From the NCBI GenBank assembly GCA_041690395.1, contig JAWLHJ010000003.1:544001-608000 (forward strand): a DNA stretch of 64,000 nt, in the 5' to 3' direction. A model generated the notes under the pieces. The model was given only the letters and a program-made list of their open reading frames with translations. It did not search any database and had not been told where the DNA came from. Positions 21,422-30,900 of this stretch are shown one piece after another (the stretch's first letter is position 1; every line of letters begins with the position of its first letter). This DNA comes from Longimicrobiales bacterium (GTDB lineage Bacteria; Gemmatimonadota; Gemmatimonadetes; Longimicrobiales; Gaopeijiaceae). Made by a program: the position numbers and the translations under genes.

Positions 21422-21964
21422 ATGCGCACACGTTCCCTTTCCCCACTCGCGGTCCCAGCCGTCGTGATCACCCTCTCGGTGGCGGCCTGCGAATCCCCCG
21501 GAACGGCACCGGAAGTCGTCGACGATCCCGTATACGCCAGCGTCCACGCCCAGACGGCCCAGAGCGAGCTCCTGAGGGCCGTCCGGCAGGCGACCGCGCC
21601 GTTCCACTCGCACACCCGGGCGCTCGAGGCGGGCTACGAGCCCGACGACCATTGCGTCGCTGTCCCGGGCCTCGGCGGCATGGGTCATCACTGGGTCGAC
21701 CAGACCCTGGTGGACCCGGTGTTCGACCCACTCCAGCCCGAGGCGGTGCTCTACGCGCCGGGACGGAACGGACAGCTTCAGCTCGTGGCCGTGGAGTACA
21801 TCGTGATCGATGTCGGGCAGGACCACCCGCACTTCGGTGATCGTCCGCTCGACGTTGGTGGCACGCCGGTTCCGGTCGATCACTGGAGCCTCCATGTGTG
21901 GCTGTACGAAGGGAATCCGGAGGGAATGTTCACGCCGTTCAACCCGAACGTTTCCTGTCCGTAG
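21422..21964 (+). CDS. Lipoprotein of unknown function with conserved His/Cys motifs
   Basis: Lipobox LSVAAC; GMGHHW, FDPLQPEAVLY, VAVEY, LHVW..NP.GMF.PFNPNVSC; SD GAGGAGG. Confidence 0.8.
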   Translation: MRTRSLSPLAVPAVVITLSVAACESPGTAPEVVDDPVYASVHAQTAQSELLRAVRQATAPFHSHTRALEAGYEPDDHCVAVPGLGGMGHHWVDQTLVDPVFDPLQPEAVLYAPGRNGQLQLVAVEYIVIDVGQDHPHFGDRPLDVGGTPVPVDHWSLHVWLYEGNPEGMFTPFNPNVSCP

Positions 21965-21976
21965 GAGACCGGATCC

Positions 21977-22669
21977 TCAGTCGACGCCGAGGCGTCCGCT
22001 GGCGGCCAGCGCCCCCAGCGCCGCCTCGGCGTCGACGATGTCCGGGCGCGTCGCGAGCAGCGCGGCCAGCACACCGGTCGCATTGGCCACGGCGAAGCTG
22101 ATCCCGTTGAGGTTCCGCTCGGGCGGGACGCCGGGCACGGGCCGCGGGTACGGTGAGGCCCGCACGACGCTCGCGCCGTCGACCTCCACGACGTCGACGC
22201 GCTCCCGAGCCTGGGCGGCGTCCATCACCACACCGAGCACGCCCGGCATGGCGCCGGGATACCAGAGACGCCCGTCGAAATGGTGCGCCGACACGATGAT
22301 CGTCCCCCGCTCCACCGCTCGCGCGACCGACGGGGCGAGCTCGGGCTGGCGGAAGTCGTTGGGGGTGCCGAGGCTCAGATTCACCACACGGATCCCCTGA
22401 TCCGTCGCCCAATCGATGGCCCGCGCCAGGGTTTTCACGGTCGTGGCGAGCTCCCGGTCGAAAACCTTCACGGCGTACAGTCGCGCCCCGGGGGCCTTTT
22501 CGTGGATGGCGGCGGCGGCCGCCGTTCCGTGGCCGAGGCGGTCCGTGTAGTCGTCCGACGCACGTCCCTCGAGGTCGAAGGCGACGCCGCCCGCGACCTC
22601 CGGCAGATGCGGGTGCGGCGCGTTGGCCCCGCTATCGATCACGGCGACCGAGATGGCGTCGTCCCGCAT
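21977..22669 (-). CDS. qhpE: Subtilisin-like leader peptidase of the QHNDH operon
   Basis: Catalytic triad motifs VAVIDSG, GHGTA, VNLSLG, GISFA; last gene of the qhp cluster. Confidence 0.85.
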   Translation of the reverse strand: MRDDAISVAVIDSGANAPHPHLPEVAGGVAFDLEGRASDDYTDRLGHGTAAAAAIHEKAPGARLYAVKVFDRELATTVKTLARAIDWATDQGIRVVNLSLGTPNDFRQPELAPSVARAVERGTIIVSAHHFDGRLWYPGAMPGVLGVVMDAAQARERVDVVEVDGASVVRASPYPRPVPGVPPERNLNGISFAVANATGVLAALLATRPDIVDAEAALGALAASGRLGVD

Positions 22670-22680
22670 CGCGCGTCTCC

Positions 22681-24414
22681 TCAGCCCCGAATGACGTCGA
22701 GGAAGATGTCCCGGAACGCGCCGCCTCTCTCCTCGAGCCGTTCCGCGGCTCCGTCCTCCGCGATGCGCCCGTCCTTCACGACCACGACGCGCTCGGCCTG
22801 GCGGGCGAGGTCGATCCTGTGGGTGATGAGGATCGTCGTGCGCCCCTTCATGACCCGGTCGTACCCTGCGAGCACGGTGGCCTCCGACGAGGGGTCGAGC
22901 GCGCCGGTAGCCTCGTCCATGACCAGGACCGCGGGATCGGCGAGGAAGGCCCGGGCGATGGCGAGGCGCTGCCGCTCGCCGGCGGAGAGCTGGCGGCCTC
23001 GCTCTCCGACGACCGTCGCGGGACCGTCGGGCATGGCGGCGACGAGGCCATCGAGCCCCGCCGCGGAGATCGCGCCGGCGACTTCGTGCTCGAGGGCGTC
23101 GGGCCTGGCGTACCGCACGTTGTCCGCGACGCTCGCGTGGAAGATGAACGGGTCCTGCTCGACGATCGCGATGTGCCTCCGGACATCCTCCAGGGCGAGC
23201 CCGCGAAGGTCGTGGCCGTCGAGCATGACGCGTCCGACGTCGGGGTCGAGATGCCGGCCGAGCAGATCGGCGATGGTGGACTTGCCACTTCCGCTCGCGC
23301 CGACGATAGCGACGACCTGACCGGCCGGGATGTCCAGATGGACACCGTGCAGCCCCTGGCTCCCGCGGCCGAAGTCGAGATCGACGTTCTCGAGGGTGAT
23401 GCGGCCCAGACACTCGGAGAGTCGATGCGGAGCACGGGGCTCGACCACATCGGGCGCGGTATCCAGAAGCGTGTGCACCCGGACCAGCGAGGCGCGGGCG
23501 GTGGCGAGGTTGGTGTAGATGCCCATGAGGCCCTGGACGGGGCCCATCAGCCGGGTCTGGTACGCCATGAACGCGACCAGCGTCCCGAGCGTCATGACGC
23601 CCTCGATGACCCGGTAGCCGCCGTAGACGAACACGACGCCCGTGCCGGCCGAGAGGAGCAGACCCGGGAGCCCGCCGGCCAGATAGGTGAAGAGCCGCAT
23701 GGAGAGCAGGGCGTCGACGAAGGAGTCGTTGCGACCCCGGAAGCGGGCGACCTCCCTGCCCTGCGCGTTGGCCCCGACCACCGTGCGCATCCCCTGGAGA
23801 CTCTCGATGAGGAAGGTCCCGATGTCCGCGCTGCGCTCCCGGAGCACACGCACGCGGTCCTCCAACTCGCGACGGTAGCGGAGTAGCGCCCAGAGCGCCG
23901 GAGGCATGGCGACGAGCCCGACCAGGAAGAGCTGCCAGTCGAGGTAGACGAGCATGGCGACGGTCCCGACCAGGGCGACGACCTGCCCGAACCACGCCAG
24001 CGCGGCCTCCGACGTCACCCTCTGGATCTCGCCGATGTCCCCGTTGATGCGCGACACGATGTCACCCAGGGGGGTCCTCGCATAGAAGCGCGGGGACAGG
24101 CGCTGCAGGTGCCGGTAGAGGTGCAGCCGCATGTCGAAGAGGATATTCGCGGATACCTTCGTGTAGCGCATCCCGCTGAACACGTTCAGGCCGAACGAGA
24201 CCGCCGTGATGGCGACGAAGAGGCCGACGATCCGGAGGAGCGCGCCCAAGTCCCCCGCGATGATCGCATCGTCCACGATGAGCTTCGACAGGTACGGCAG
24301 GACGAGATTGAGCGCCGTGCCGAGGAGCGACAGCACCACCACCGGCACGAGCGCGCCGGTATAGGGGCGGACGTAGGCGAGGGCACGACGGATGTGTGGA
24401 TCGACGAACGTCAT
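22681..24414 (-). CDS. qhpF: ABC exporter, fused permease/ATPase, for QhpC
   Basis: TM domain plus GASGSGKST, LSAGERQR, VMDEAT, ITHR; position in the qhp cluster. Confidence 0.88.
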   Translation of the reverse strand: MTFVDPHIRRALAYVRPYTGALVPVVVLSLLGTALNLVLPYLSKLIVDDAIIAGDLGALLRIVGLFVAITAVSFGLNVFSGMRYTKVSANILFDMRLHLYRHLQRLSPRFYARTPLGDIVSRINGDIGEIQRVTSEAALAWFGQVVALVGTVAMLVYLDWQLFLVGLVAMPPALWALLRYRRELEDRVRVLRERSADIGTFLIESLQGMRTVVGANAQGREVARFRGRNDSFVDALLSMRLFTYLAGGLPGLLLSAGTGVVFVYGGYRVIEGVMTLGTLVAFMAYQTRLMGPVQGLMGIYTNLATARASLVRVHTLLDTAPDVVEPRAPHRLSECLGRITLENVDLDFGRGSQGLHGVHLDIPAGQVVAIVGASGSGKSTIADLLGRHLDPDVGRVMLDGHDLRGLALEDVRRHIAIVEQDPFIFHASVADNVRYARPDALEHEVAGAISAAGLDGLVAAMPDGPATVVGERGRQLSAGERQRLAIARAFLADPAVLVMDEATGALDPSSEATVLAGYDRVMKGRTTILITHRIDLARQAERVVVVKDGRIAEDGAAERLEERGGAFRDIFLDVIRG

Positions 24415-24444
24415 GGGCGCACGTCCCCCCACGGGGCCCCGCGC

Positions 24445-25527
24445 TCAGCCACCCGGAATCACGACCGTCCCGATCATGTCGGCGTCGAACTCGACCGTGC
24501 GGAGCAGCTCGAAGGTGCCCGTGTCGTACACGTCGATGGTATTTCCGGCCACGAAGACGTACAGCTTCTCCCCGTCGGCGCTCACGCGCAGCCCCATCCG
24601 CGGGCGTCCCGGGAACGGATGCTTCCGGGCGACCCGACGCTCCAGGAGGTCGAACTCCCAGAACTCGTAGTGCCCGATGCTGGTGTAGAGGGCATATGCC
24701 TTCTCCCCGCCGGGGGCGAGCGCGAAGCTCCCGACGGGCTCGGACGGGCCGAGCGTGTAGAAGTCGACTTCCTTCTCGCTGAGCCGGACCTCCGCCACGC
24801 CCATCATGTTGCGGTTCTGAATCGGGTCGGTCATGCGGTAGAGCCCCGTCGCGACACCGTCCTCGTCGTAGGTGCCCGGATTCACGCCGAAGCTGGGGCG
24901 TCCGAGACCGGGCTCGAGCGGCTCCGAGATCTCCCAGCGGTCGACCTCCTCGTACGTCTCCGCATCGACCGCGATGATGTCCTCGACGAAGAAGTAGAGC
25001 GTCTCGCCGTCCGGCGAATAGCGGAATCCGACGCCCCGGTCCCGAGGCTCGTCGTCGGGCCAGGGAATCGTGTCGGTGACCTGCTTGGTGCGGAGGTCGT
25101 ACTCGAGCAGGAACGGCCCCTCGACCCGGTAGCGGTCCGTCAGAGCGGTGTACCGCTTGGCGAAGATGACCGCACGGTCGCCGGACGGATGCGGCGCGAA
25201 GCCGTCGATGCGGACGGTCACGCTGTCGTGCGACAGGGTGAGCTCGTCGACGACCTCCCGCGAGGCCAGGTCGACCACTTCGATGCGCTGCGCCGACGCC
25301 TCCTGCACGTACAGCCGCGTCTGGTCTTCGTTCACCAGGATCCGGGTCGGGATGAAGTTGTTCATCTCGATCCGGTCGACCACCTCCTCGCTCGCCTCGT
25401 CCCAGACGAGAACGTCGTGCGTATACGTCGCGATGTACCACGTGGCGGTCTGAGCGGAGACCCCCGCGCCTCCCGCGGCGAGGAGGAGCGCGGCGACGGC
25501 CGCATGGACGGAGATCGTTCGAAGCAT
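24445..25527 (-). CDS. qhpB: Quinohemoprotein amine dehydrogenase beta subunit (beta-propeller)
   Basis: Sec signal (MLRTISVHAAVAALLLAAGGAGVSAQ), YVTN-like repeats (SPDGETLY, APGGEKAY, SADGEKLY); follows qhpC. Confidence 0.85.
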   Translation of the reverse strand: MLRTISVHAAVAALLLAAGGAGVSAQTATWYIATYTHDVLVWDEASEEVVDRIEMNNFIPTRILVNEDQTRLYVQEASAQRIEVVDLASREVVDELTLSHDSVTVRIDGFAPHPSGDRAVIFAKRYTALTDRYRVEGPFLLEYDLRTKQVTDTIPWPDDEPRDRGVGFRYSPDGETLYFFVEDIIAVDAETYEEVDRWEISEPLEPGLGRPSFGVNPGTYDEDGVATGLYRMTDPIQNRNMMGVAEVRLSEKEVDFYTLGPSEPVGSFALAPGGEKAYALYTSIGHYEFWEFDLLERRVARKHPFPGRPRMGLRVSADGEKLYVFVAGNTIDVYDTGTFELLRTVEFDADMIGTVVIPGG

Positions 25528-25580
25528 CGTGCGAAGGCCCAAGGAGGACGGGCTCCTGGCTGGAGGTGACTCGGGGTGCG

Positions 25581-25943
25581 CTACGGGAAGATCAGGTCCA
25601 GCTTGCGCCAGTCCTTCTGCGCCGACGCGCACTTGCCCGTCCAGTCCTGAGCGTGGTTCAGCTGGTCGGGAACGTGGGCGGGCCAGAAGCACGACAGGTG
25701 GCAGTCGAAGATGTCGCGCTCCACCGGCTGGCAGAGGCCCGCGGTCCCGCCCTGGGAGTCGACCTCCCACCCGGGAGCGAACACCAGTGAGCATCCCAGC
25801 GGGAAGTGGGGGCCGTCCTGCTCGTGGGGCGGCGTGCGCAGGCCCACGACGTCCATCTCCTCGGCCTTCGCCTGCGCCGCCTCGTGGGCTACGTACGCCT
25901 CGATGCGCGCGGCTTTCTGATTGATGGGCTTCAGGTGTTTCAT
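25581..25943 (-). CDS. qhpC: Quinohemoprotein amine dehydrogenase gamma subunit precursor (CTQ peptide)
   Basis: MKHLKPIN leader; GC...PGWEVD...LCQP.E.D...C...C.WPA.VPD...DWRKL..FP; 120 aa hidden inside ORF 25581..26738. Confidence 0.95.
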   Translation of the reverse strand: MKHLKPINQKAARIEAYVAHEAAQAKAEEMDVVGLRTPPHEQDGPHFPLGCSLVFAPGWEVDSQGGTAGLCQPVERDIFDCHLSCFWPAHVPDQLNHAQDWTGKCASAQKDWRKLDLIFP

Positions 25944-27412
25944 GCGTCGAACCGCTCCAGGAATCTCGGGTTCTCTTCCGCCAGGGTTCCGTAGATCTCC
26001 AGGCAGGTGTGGGTCCAGCTCCGGACCCACGTGCAGTAGTGCAGGTTGGCGTGCGACGACGTGCCGTAGTTCACGTGGGCCTCGTGGTAGCAGCCGCCCG
26101 AGCAGATGGGCCGCGCCCAGCACGTGTGGCAGTCGGTCTTCGAGGCGATGTGATGGTCGACGAGGAAGCGTCCCTGCTTCTCGCGGTCCACCCCGCCCGT
26201 GACGGTCCCGATGGTGTGCTCCGGCGAGCCGGCGAAGCGATGGCAGAGCGAGACGTCGCCGTCGGTGGCGACGCCCATGAGGCCGAGGCCCGCGCCGCAG
26301 CCGTACGCCTTGCTGACGCCCTTGTGGATCTCCTCGATGGTGTCGCGGACGTTGCTGAAGCCGTGATGCTCGTCCCTGAGGGCGCACTCGAGCCACTCCT
26401 GGGCGAGCTCCTCGAACTGCCGGAGCATGGCGTCCTTGCCCTCGGGCGTGATGGCGTAGTCGCGCTTGTCCTGCGTCGTCACGGGCGCGAGCCCGACCTC
26501 CCAGAAACCCACCTCCTCGGTGAGGTGCCGGAAGATCTCGAGGACGTCCATGTTCTTCTGCGTGAGCGTGACGCGCGCGCCGATGGGCCTCGACCGGTGC
26601 GTCGCGAGGAGCTCCTTGATCTTCGGCAGCACCACGTCGTAGGTGCCCTTCCCGTTGTGGAAGACCCGCAGCCCGTCCTGAACCTGCTTGGGTCCGTCGA
26701 TGGAGATCGTGACGCCGATCTGGTTGTCCGCGAGCCACTCGATGATCTCGGGCTTCAGGAGCGTCGCGTTCGTGGTGAGGCTGAACTCGATGCGCTTGCC
26801 CTCCTCGGCGGCCCGGCGCCGCGCGTAGGCGACCGTCTTCTGGAGAACCGGGAAGTTCAGGAGGGTCTCGCCCCCGAAGAACGTCAGGTGCGCGACGGGC
26901 TGGTTCTTCGACTCGGCGAGCAGGAACTCGACGCTCTCCTCGGCCGTCTCGTCACTCATGAACTTGGGCTGCTTGCCGTACTGCGTGTCGACGATCTTGT
27001 CGTCGCCGTATTCGTAGCAGTAGGTGCACGCCAGGTTGCACTTGTTCGTGACGTTGAGGACCATCGTGTTGAGCGGGAAATCCGCAGGAGGCAGGTCGTT
27101 GGGGACCTGCTCCTTGGGGGCGTCAGGATGCCCGATGGCGCGGATCTCGGTCAGCTCCTCGATGGTCCCGAGGATGCGGTCGGCCTCGAACCGGTCGGAG
27201 AGCGCGTCCACGAGTGCGTCGGTGCCGACCGGCCCGGCCTCGAGCGCGTCGAGGATGGCACACCCGGCCTCGTCCATCCGGAAGATGCCGGCCGAAGGGA
27301 CCATGTACAGGAAACGCGCACCTCGAGCCTCGAACGCGTGGAACTCCCGCAGCGCGAGCACCGGGCTCGCCCCTGTCTCCTCGGAGGCGCCGGTCGCGAC
27401 GGGGGGCGTCAC
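25940..27412 (-). CDS. qhpD: Radical SAM/SPASM thioether-forming maturase
   Basis: CNLACTYC, FFGGETLL, SIDG, SPASM CGAG..LCHRF..CHTCWARPICSGGCYHE..YC; GTG start overlaps qhpA stop. Confidence 0.93.
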   Translation of the reverse strand: MTPPVATGASEETGASPVLALREFHAFEARGARFLYMVPSAGIFRMDEAGCAILDALEAGPVGTDALVDALSDRFEADRILGTIEELTEIRAIGHPDAPKEQVPNDLPPADFPLNTMVLNVTNKCNLACTYCYEYGDDKIVDTQYGKQPKFMSDETAEESVEFLLAESKNQPVAHLTFFGGETLLNFPVLQKTVAYARRRAAEEGKRIEFSLTTNATLLKPEIIEWLADNQIGVTISIDGPKQVQDGLRVFHNGKGTYDVVLPKIKELLATHRSRPIGARVTLTQKNMDVLEIFRHLTEEVGFWEVGLAPVTTQDKRDYAITPEGKDAMLRQFEELAQEWLECALRDEHHGFSNVRDTIEEIHKGVSKAYGCGAGLGLMGVATDGDVSLCHRFAGSPEHTIGTVTGGVDREKQGRFLVDHHIASKTDCHTCWARPICSGGCYHEAHVNYGTSSHANLHYCTWVRSWTHTCLEIYGTLAEENPRFLERFDA

Positions 27413-29124
27413 CGTCCGTTCCCCACGGGCGGGCGGCCGTCGTCCACCGGACGCCAGGGCTCGAAGCGCATGTAGAGCGGCACCGTGACGATCAGGTGGG
27501 CCCGCGCGGTGAGCGCGTCGCCGGCGGTCGGTCGGTGGGTCGCCACCACCCAGACGTCGCCGATGTTGTTCCGGTTGCCCGCTCGGTCCGGGTTCGGCCC
27601 GTCGACGGCGGGAGTGAAGACGCCGTCCTGGCCCATGGTGCCGACGAACGCGAGGTCGTCGTCCCCGTATACCGCCGCGTACTCCTCCAGGTGCCAGGCC
27701 GCCTCGACCCGGCCCAGCGCCAGGTCGTCGTCCGTGCCGGGCTCCCCGTCGGGGCCGTCGTCGAAGCCGATGGCCTCGAAGGTCTCGAATCCCTTGGGGA
27801 AGACCTCGCCCCCGACGCGGGCCATCCCGGTGCGTGGCGTGACCTCGATGCGGTCGACGCCGTCGTGGACGACGACCGCACTCGGGAGCAGCGCACCATA
27901 GCCGACGAGGTCGCGCGCTCCGATCCGGGCATCGGGGGCGATGGTCAGCCGAACCCGGAGCACACCGTCGCTCGGCCCCTCGACCGAAGTGACGGACACG
28001 CCGGAGCCGAAGTCGATCTCCGACGCGCTCGCAGGGGTCAACGCCGCGCCGAAGAGCTCGACCTCCACCGTACTCCCCCGCTCGAGCGCCATCGGATGGA
28101 CCCCGCTCACGACCGGAGTGCCCCCGACCCGCTTCAGCGTGACGTCGAAACCGAGCTCGTCGTACGCCCCGGTGAACCACCGGCCGGACATCTCCTGCTG
28201 GCTACGTGCCACGGTCATGACCTCGCGAAGCTCGGCGTCCGAGCCCGGGTTGGAGCGACCGCGCCACTGATACCCCGTGTAGACGAGCGCCTCGCCCGAG
28301 CGCGTCGCGCGTGCCCCCGACTCGCCGTACACGTAAGACGTCGACGTGGTGAACACGTCGGGGTCGTCCGGATCGACCGACACGGTGACCGTACCGAAGA
28401 TCGGGCCCTTCCCCGGCTCGTACCCCGACAGCGCCCACGTCCCCGCCAACCTCGGCGACCGCTTCGTGGCCGACCACGCCGACCACTCGGGCGTCTCCAG
28501 CGGGAACGTCTCGGCGAGATGGTCGATGGCCTGGTCCATCGGATGCCGCGGGTCGCCTTCTTCGGGCGGGGGGCCGGGACGCCGGAACGCCTGGAAATCG
28601 ACGAGCGGGTAGAGCGCCCGGTGGGTCGCGAGGAGAAGGCCCCACTCCTCTTCCGTGCGGCGCTGCGTGATCACGCGTCCCATGGAGTGGCACTGGATGC
28701 ACGTGTACTCCACACCCGAGTCGCCCTCGTAGTCGTGCTCGATCATCCGCCGCTCGACCTCGAACAGCCCGGGCTCGAGCTCTTCCGGCGCGAGTCCCTG
28801 CTCGTCCGCCAGATAACGGACGATCTCACGCGCGTCGGCCTGGTTCAGGCGGACGCCGTGCAGCGACATCATACGGCGGACGGACGTCTGCCAGCCCTCG
28901 GGCGTCTTGCGCAGATACGAGATGCGCGACATGCGCCCCTCGTCGTCGACCGTGTGGCAGCGGGCACAGCGATCGATGACCGTCTGGTTGCCGATCGCGA
29001 AGCCGTCGACCGACTGCGTGACACGGGCGGCGTCGGCCGGCCGGGAGATGGGACTCCAGGCCAGAAGCACGCCGAGCGCGGCGAGGCCGGCCATCGAAGC
29101 GGAGAAGCGAGCGGGAGATGCCAT
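27409..29124 (-). CDS. qhpA: Quinohemoprotein amine dehydrogenase alpha subunit (diheme c)
   Basis: Signal peptide; CARCH and CIQCH; RISYLRKTPEGWQTSVRRM; YTGYQWRG; MARVGG; NNIGD. Confidence 0.95.
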   Translation of the reverse strand: MASPARFSASMAGLAALGVLLAWSPISRPADAARVTQSVDGFAIGNQTVIDRCARCHTVDDEGRMSRISYLRKTPEGWQTSVRRMMSLHGVRLNQADAREIVRYLADEQGLAPEELEPGLFEVERRMIEHDYEGDSGVEYTCIQCHSMGRVITQRRTEEEWGLLLATHRALYPLVDFQAFRRPGPPPEEGDPRHPMDQAIDHLAETFPLETPEWSAWSATKRSPRLAGTWALSGYEPGKGPIFGTVTVSVDPDDPDVFTTSTSYVYGESGARATRSGEALVYTGYQWRGRSNPGSDAELREVMTVARSQQEMSGRWFTGAYDELGFDVTLKRVGGTPVVSGVHPMALERGSTVEVELFGAALTPASASEIDFGSGVSVTSVEGPSDGVLRVRLTIAPDARIGARDLVGYGALLPSAVVVHDGVDRIEVTPRTGMARVGGEVFPKGFETFEAIGFDDGPDGEPGTDDDLALGRVEAAWHLEEYAAVYGDDDLAFVGTMGQDGVFTPAVDGPNPDRAGNRNNIGDVWVVATHRPTAGDALTARAHLIVTVPLYMRFEPWRPVDDGRPPVGNGR

Positions 29125-29218
29125 CGACGCTCAGGTTGGGGGAACCGATCAGCGACGTTCGTTGACGTCGGGCCATCTTGAGGCCTGGGGGCCGTATTCG
29201 CCAGTACCGGCATCCAAC

Positions 29219-30808
29219 TCAGGTCTCGCCGTGCTCGAGGACCCCGACCGCGAACGCCGTGGCGAGGGCGGTCAGGTAGTCCGGAAGCGTGACCGGTGGC
29301 GCGACACCGTTGTACGCGGCCCACCCGTCCGGGACGTCGCCATGGCGCGGCGCGGTCTCCACCAGCGCCCTCAGGTCCACGCCCCGGACGAACCGGACCC
29401 CGCTCGGGCACGCGTCGGTGGCCAGGTGGTCCTGGAGCTTCACCCGGTGGCCCTCGATCGCGGGCCGCTCGAGCGTTCTCAGCGTCGAGCCCGGGACCGC
29501 CTCGAGCCACGGCAGCGCCTTGATCCGCTCGAAGGCGCGGCGCACGTCGGGCTCGGGGATCTCCGTCTCGAGGCGATCCGGGTCCACCTCGGAGTCGGAG
29601 CCGGGGGCGTGGGGCGACGTAGCTCCGACCCGTTGGGCCGCCTCGGCCCGGGCGCGCCAGTACCCGGTGCCGTACGCCTCGGCCGCTTCCGCGAAGAAGT
29701 CGGCCGAGATCGCTCGATAACGACGGTACACCTCTCGCTCCCGCCGGTCGAAGAAGTCCAGCGCGGTGGAGACCATGCCCGGGTCGACGAGCGCGGTGTG
29801 CGCCACCACGCCCGCGAGCCACCCGGAGGAGAGGGCCTTCTTGACCCCGAACGACGAGAGCGGATCGATGAAGGAGCCGGCGTCGCCCGCGATCAGGAGC
29901 CCTTCATCGGCGAAACGACGGGAGGTATACAGGGATGCCGGGCATGCCCAAGCGTCCCCTCGGGGCTCGGCGCCGCGTCTGAGTCGCCCCACGTGTCGCG
30001 TCTTGTCGAGCTCCCGGTCGAGCATCTCCGACGGGGAGACGCCGGCGAGATCGGCGTGGCGCTGATCGATCATCGCGGTGACGCACCGCACGTCGGGCCC
30101 GACCGGCACGGACCAGGCCCACCCGTCGGCGTAGCTCTCCACCTGCGTGTGGTGCGCCTCGTCGTCCGGCCATCCTCCCGGACGGTACCAGCGCCGCACC
30201 AGGGCCAGCGTCGTCGTCGTCCGGTCGGGCTCCCGCTGCGCGCGAGCCAGCAGCCCGTGCCGGCCCGTCGCGTCGACGATCCAACGCGCGTGCAGGTGCA
30301 CGGCTCCGTCCGGCCCCTCTCCCGTCACCGACCAGAGGTCGGCGGCGGTGTCCGACAAGCCGGCGCCTCGTGCGTCCGTCCGTTCCGCCGAGCGCGCGCT
30401 CACGCCGGCGTGGACCCGCACGCCGGCACGCTCGGCGACGCCCGCGAGGACCTCTTCGAGCGAGATTCGATCGGTATGGAAGCCGCTGGCCTCCTCCGTG
30501 AATGACTCGCGCCGCAGCGGCCGATCGGCCCACCACACCGAGTTGCCACGATTCGGATGGAACCCGGCCTCCTCGACCGCGCCGAGCGCGCCCAGCTCTT
30601 CCAGTACGCGCCGGGCCGACGGCGGGATCGACTCCGCGAGCGCCGACGCCGGGGGCGACAGCGGACGGACGAGTCCGACCCGGTGGCCGCGGCGGGCGAG
30701 GAGAATCGCGGCCGCACAGCCGGCCGGCCCCCCTCCGAGGACGAGGGCGTCGTAGGGGGGTGTCTCGGACTTCCCGGACACGGCGGACGTCGATGATGGC
30801 GGTGGCAT
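29219..30808 (-). CDS. qhpG: FAD-dependent monooxygenase for CTQ biogenesis
   Basis: GGGPAG, DATGR, GDAGSFIDPLSSFGV; directly upstream of qhpA. Confidence 0.82.
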   Translation of the reverse strand: MPPPSSTSAVSGKSETPPYDALVLGGGPAGCAAAILLARRGHRVGLVRPLSPPASALAESIPPSARRVLEELGALGAVEEAGFHPNRGNSVWWADRPLRRESFTEEASGFHTDRISLEEVLAGVAERAGVRVHAGVSARSAERTDARGAGLSDTAADLWSVTGEGPDGAVHLHARWIVDATGRHGLLARAQREPDRTTTTLALVRRWYRPGGWPDDEAHHTQVESYADGWAWSVPVGPDVRCVTAMIDQRHADLAGVSPSEMLDRELDKTRHVGRLRRGAEPRGDAWACPASLYTSRRFADEGLLIAGDAGSFIDPLSSFGVKKALSSGWLAGVVAHTALVDPGMVSTALDFFDRREREVYRRYRAISADFFAEAAEAYGTGYWRARAEAAQRVGATSPHAPGSDSEVDPDRLETEIPEPDVRRAFERIKALPWLEAVPGSTLRTLERPAIEGHRVKLQDHLATDACPSGVRFVRGVDLRALVETAPRHGDVPDGWAAYNGVAPPVTLPDYLTALATAFAVGVLEHGET

Positions 30809-30863
30809 CGATCCACAATAGGACGCCGTGGGTCGGCTTGCCACCGGGGTCGGGCCTCCAACC

Positions 30864-30900
30864 CATATCTTGACAATCATCCCATGATCACCAAGATATG
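30864..30900. promoter_or_regulatory. Nested inverted repeats overlapping a TTGACA hexamer in the divergent qhpG/padR region
   Basis: CATATCTTG-N19-CAAGATATG with internal ATCAT-CCC-ATGAT; TTGACA at 30870-30875. Confidence 0.6.

Noticed and set aside
21977..23995. 672-aa ORF as one protein
   Set aside because: The N-terminal ~440 aa are an off-frame shadow of the ABC transporter; only 21977..22669 is subtilisin-like
25581..28180. Long versions of ORFs 25581..26738 and 25940..28180
   Set aside because: Extensions overlap qhpD and qhpA in other frames; real starts at 25943 and 27412 give standard stop-start overlaps
29219..30808. Flavin-dependent halogenase call (GxGxxG plus WAWSVP resembling WxWxIP)
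   Set aside because: The position of the halogenase catalytic Lys appears to be Asn (GFHPNRG), and the location before qhpA fits QhpG monooxygenase
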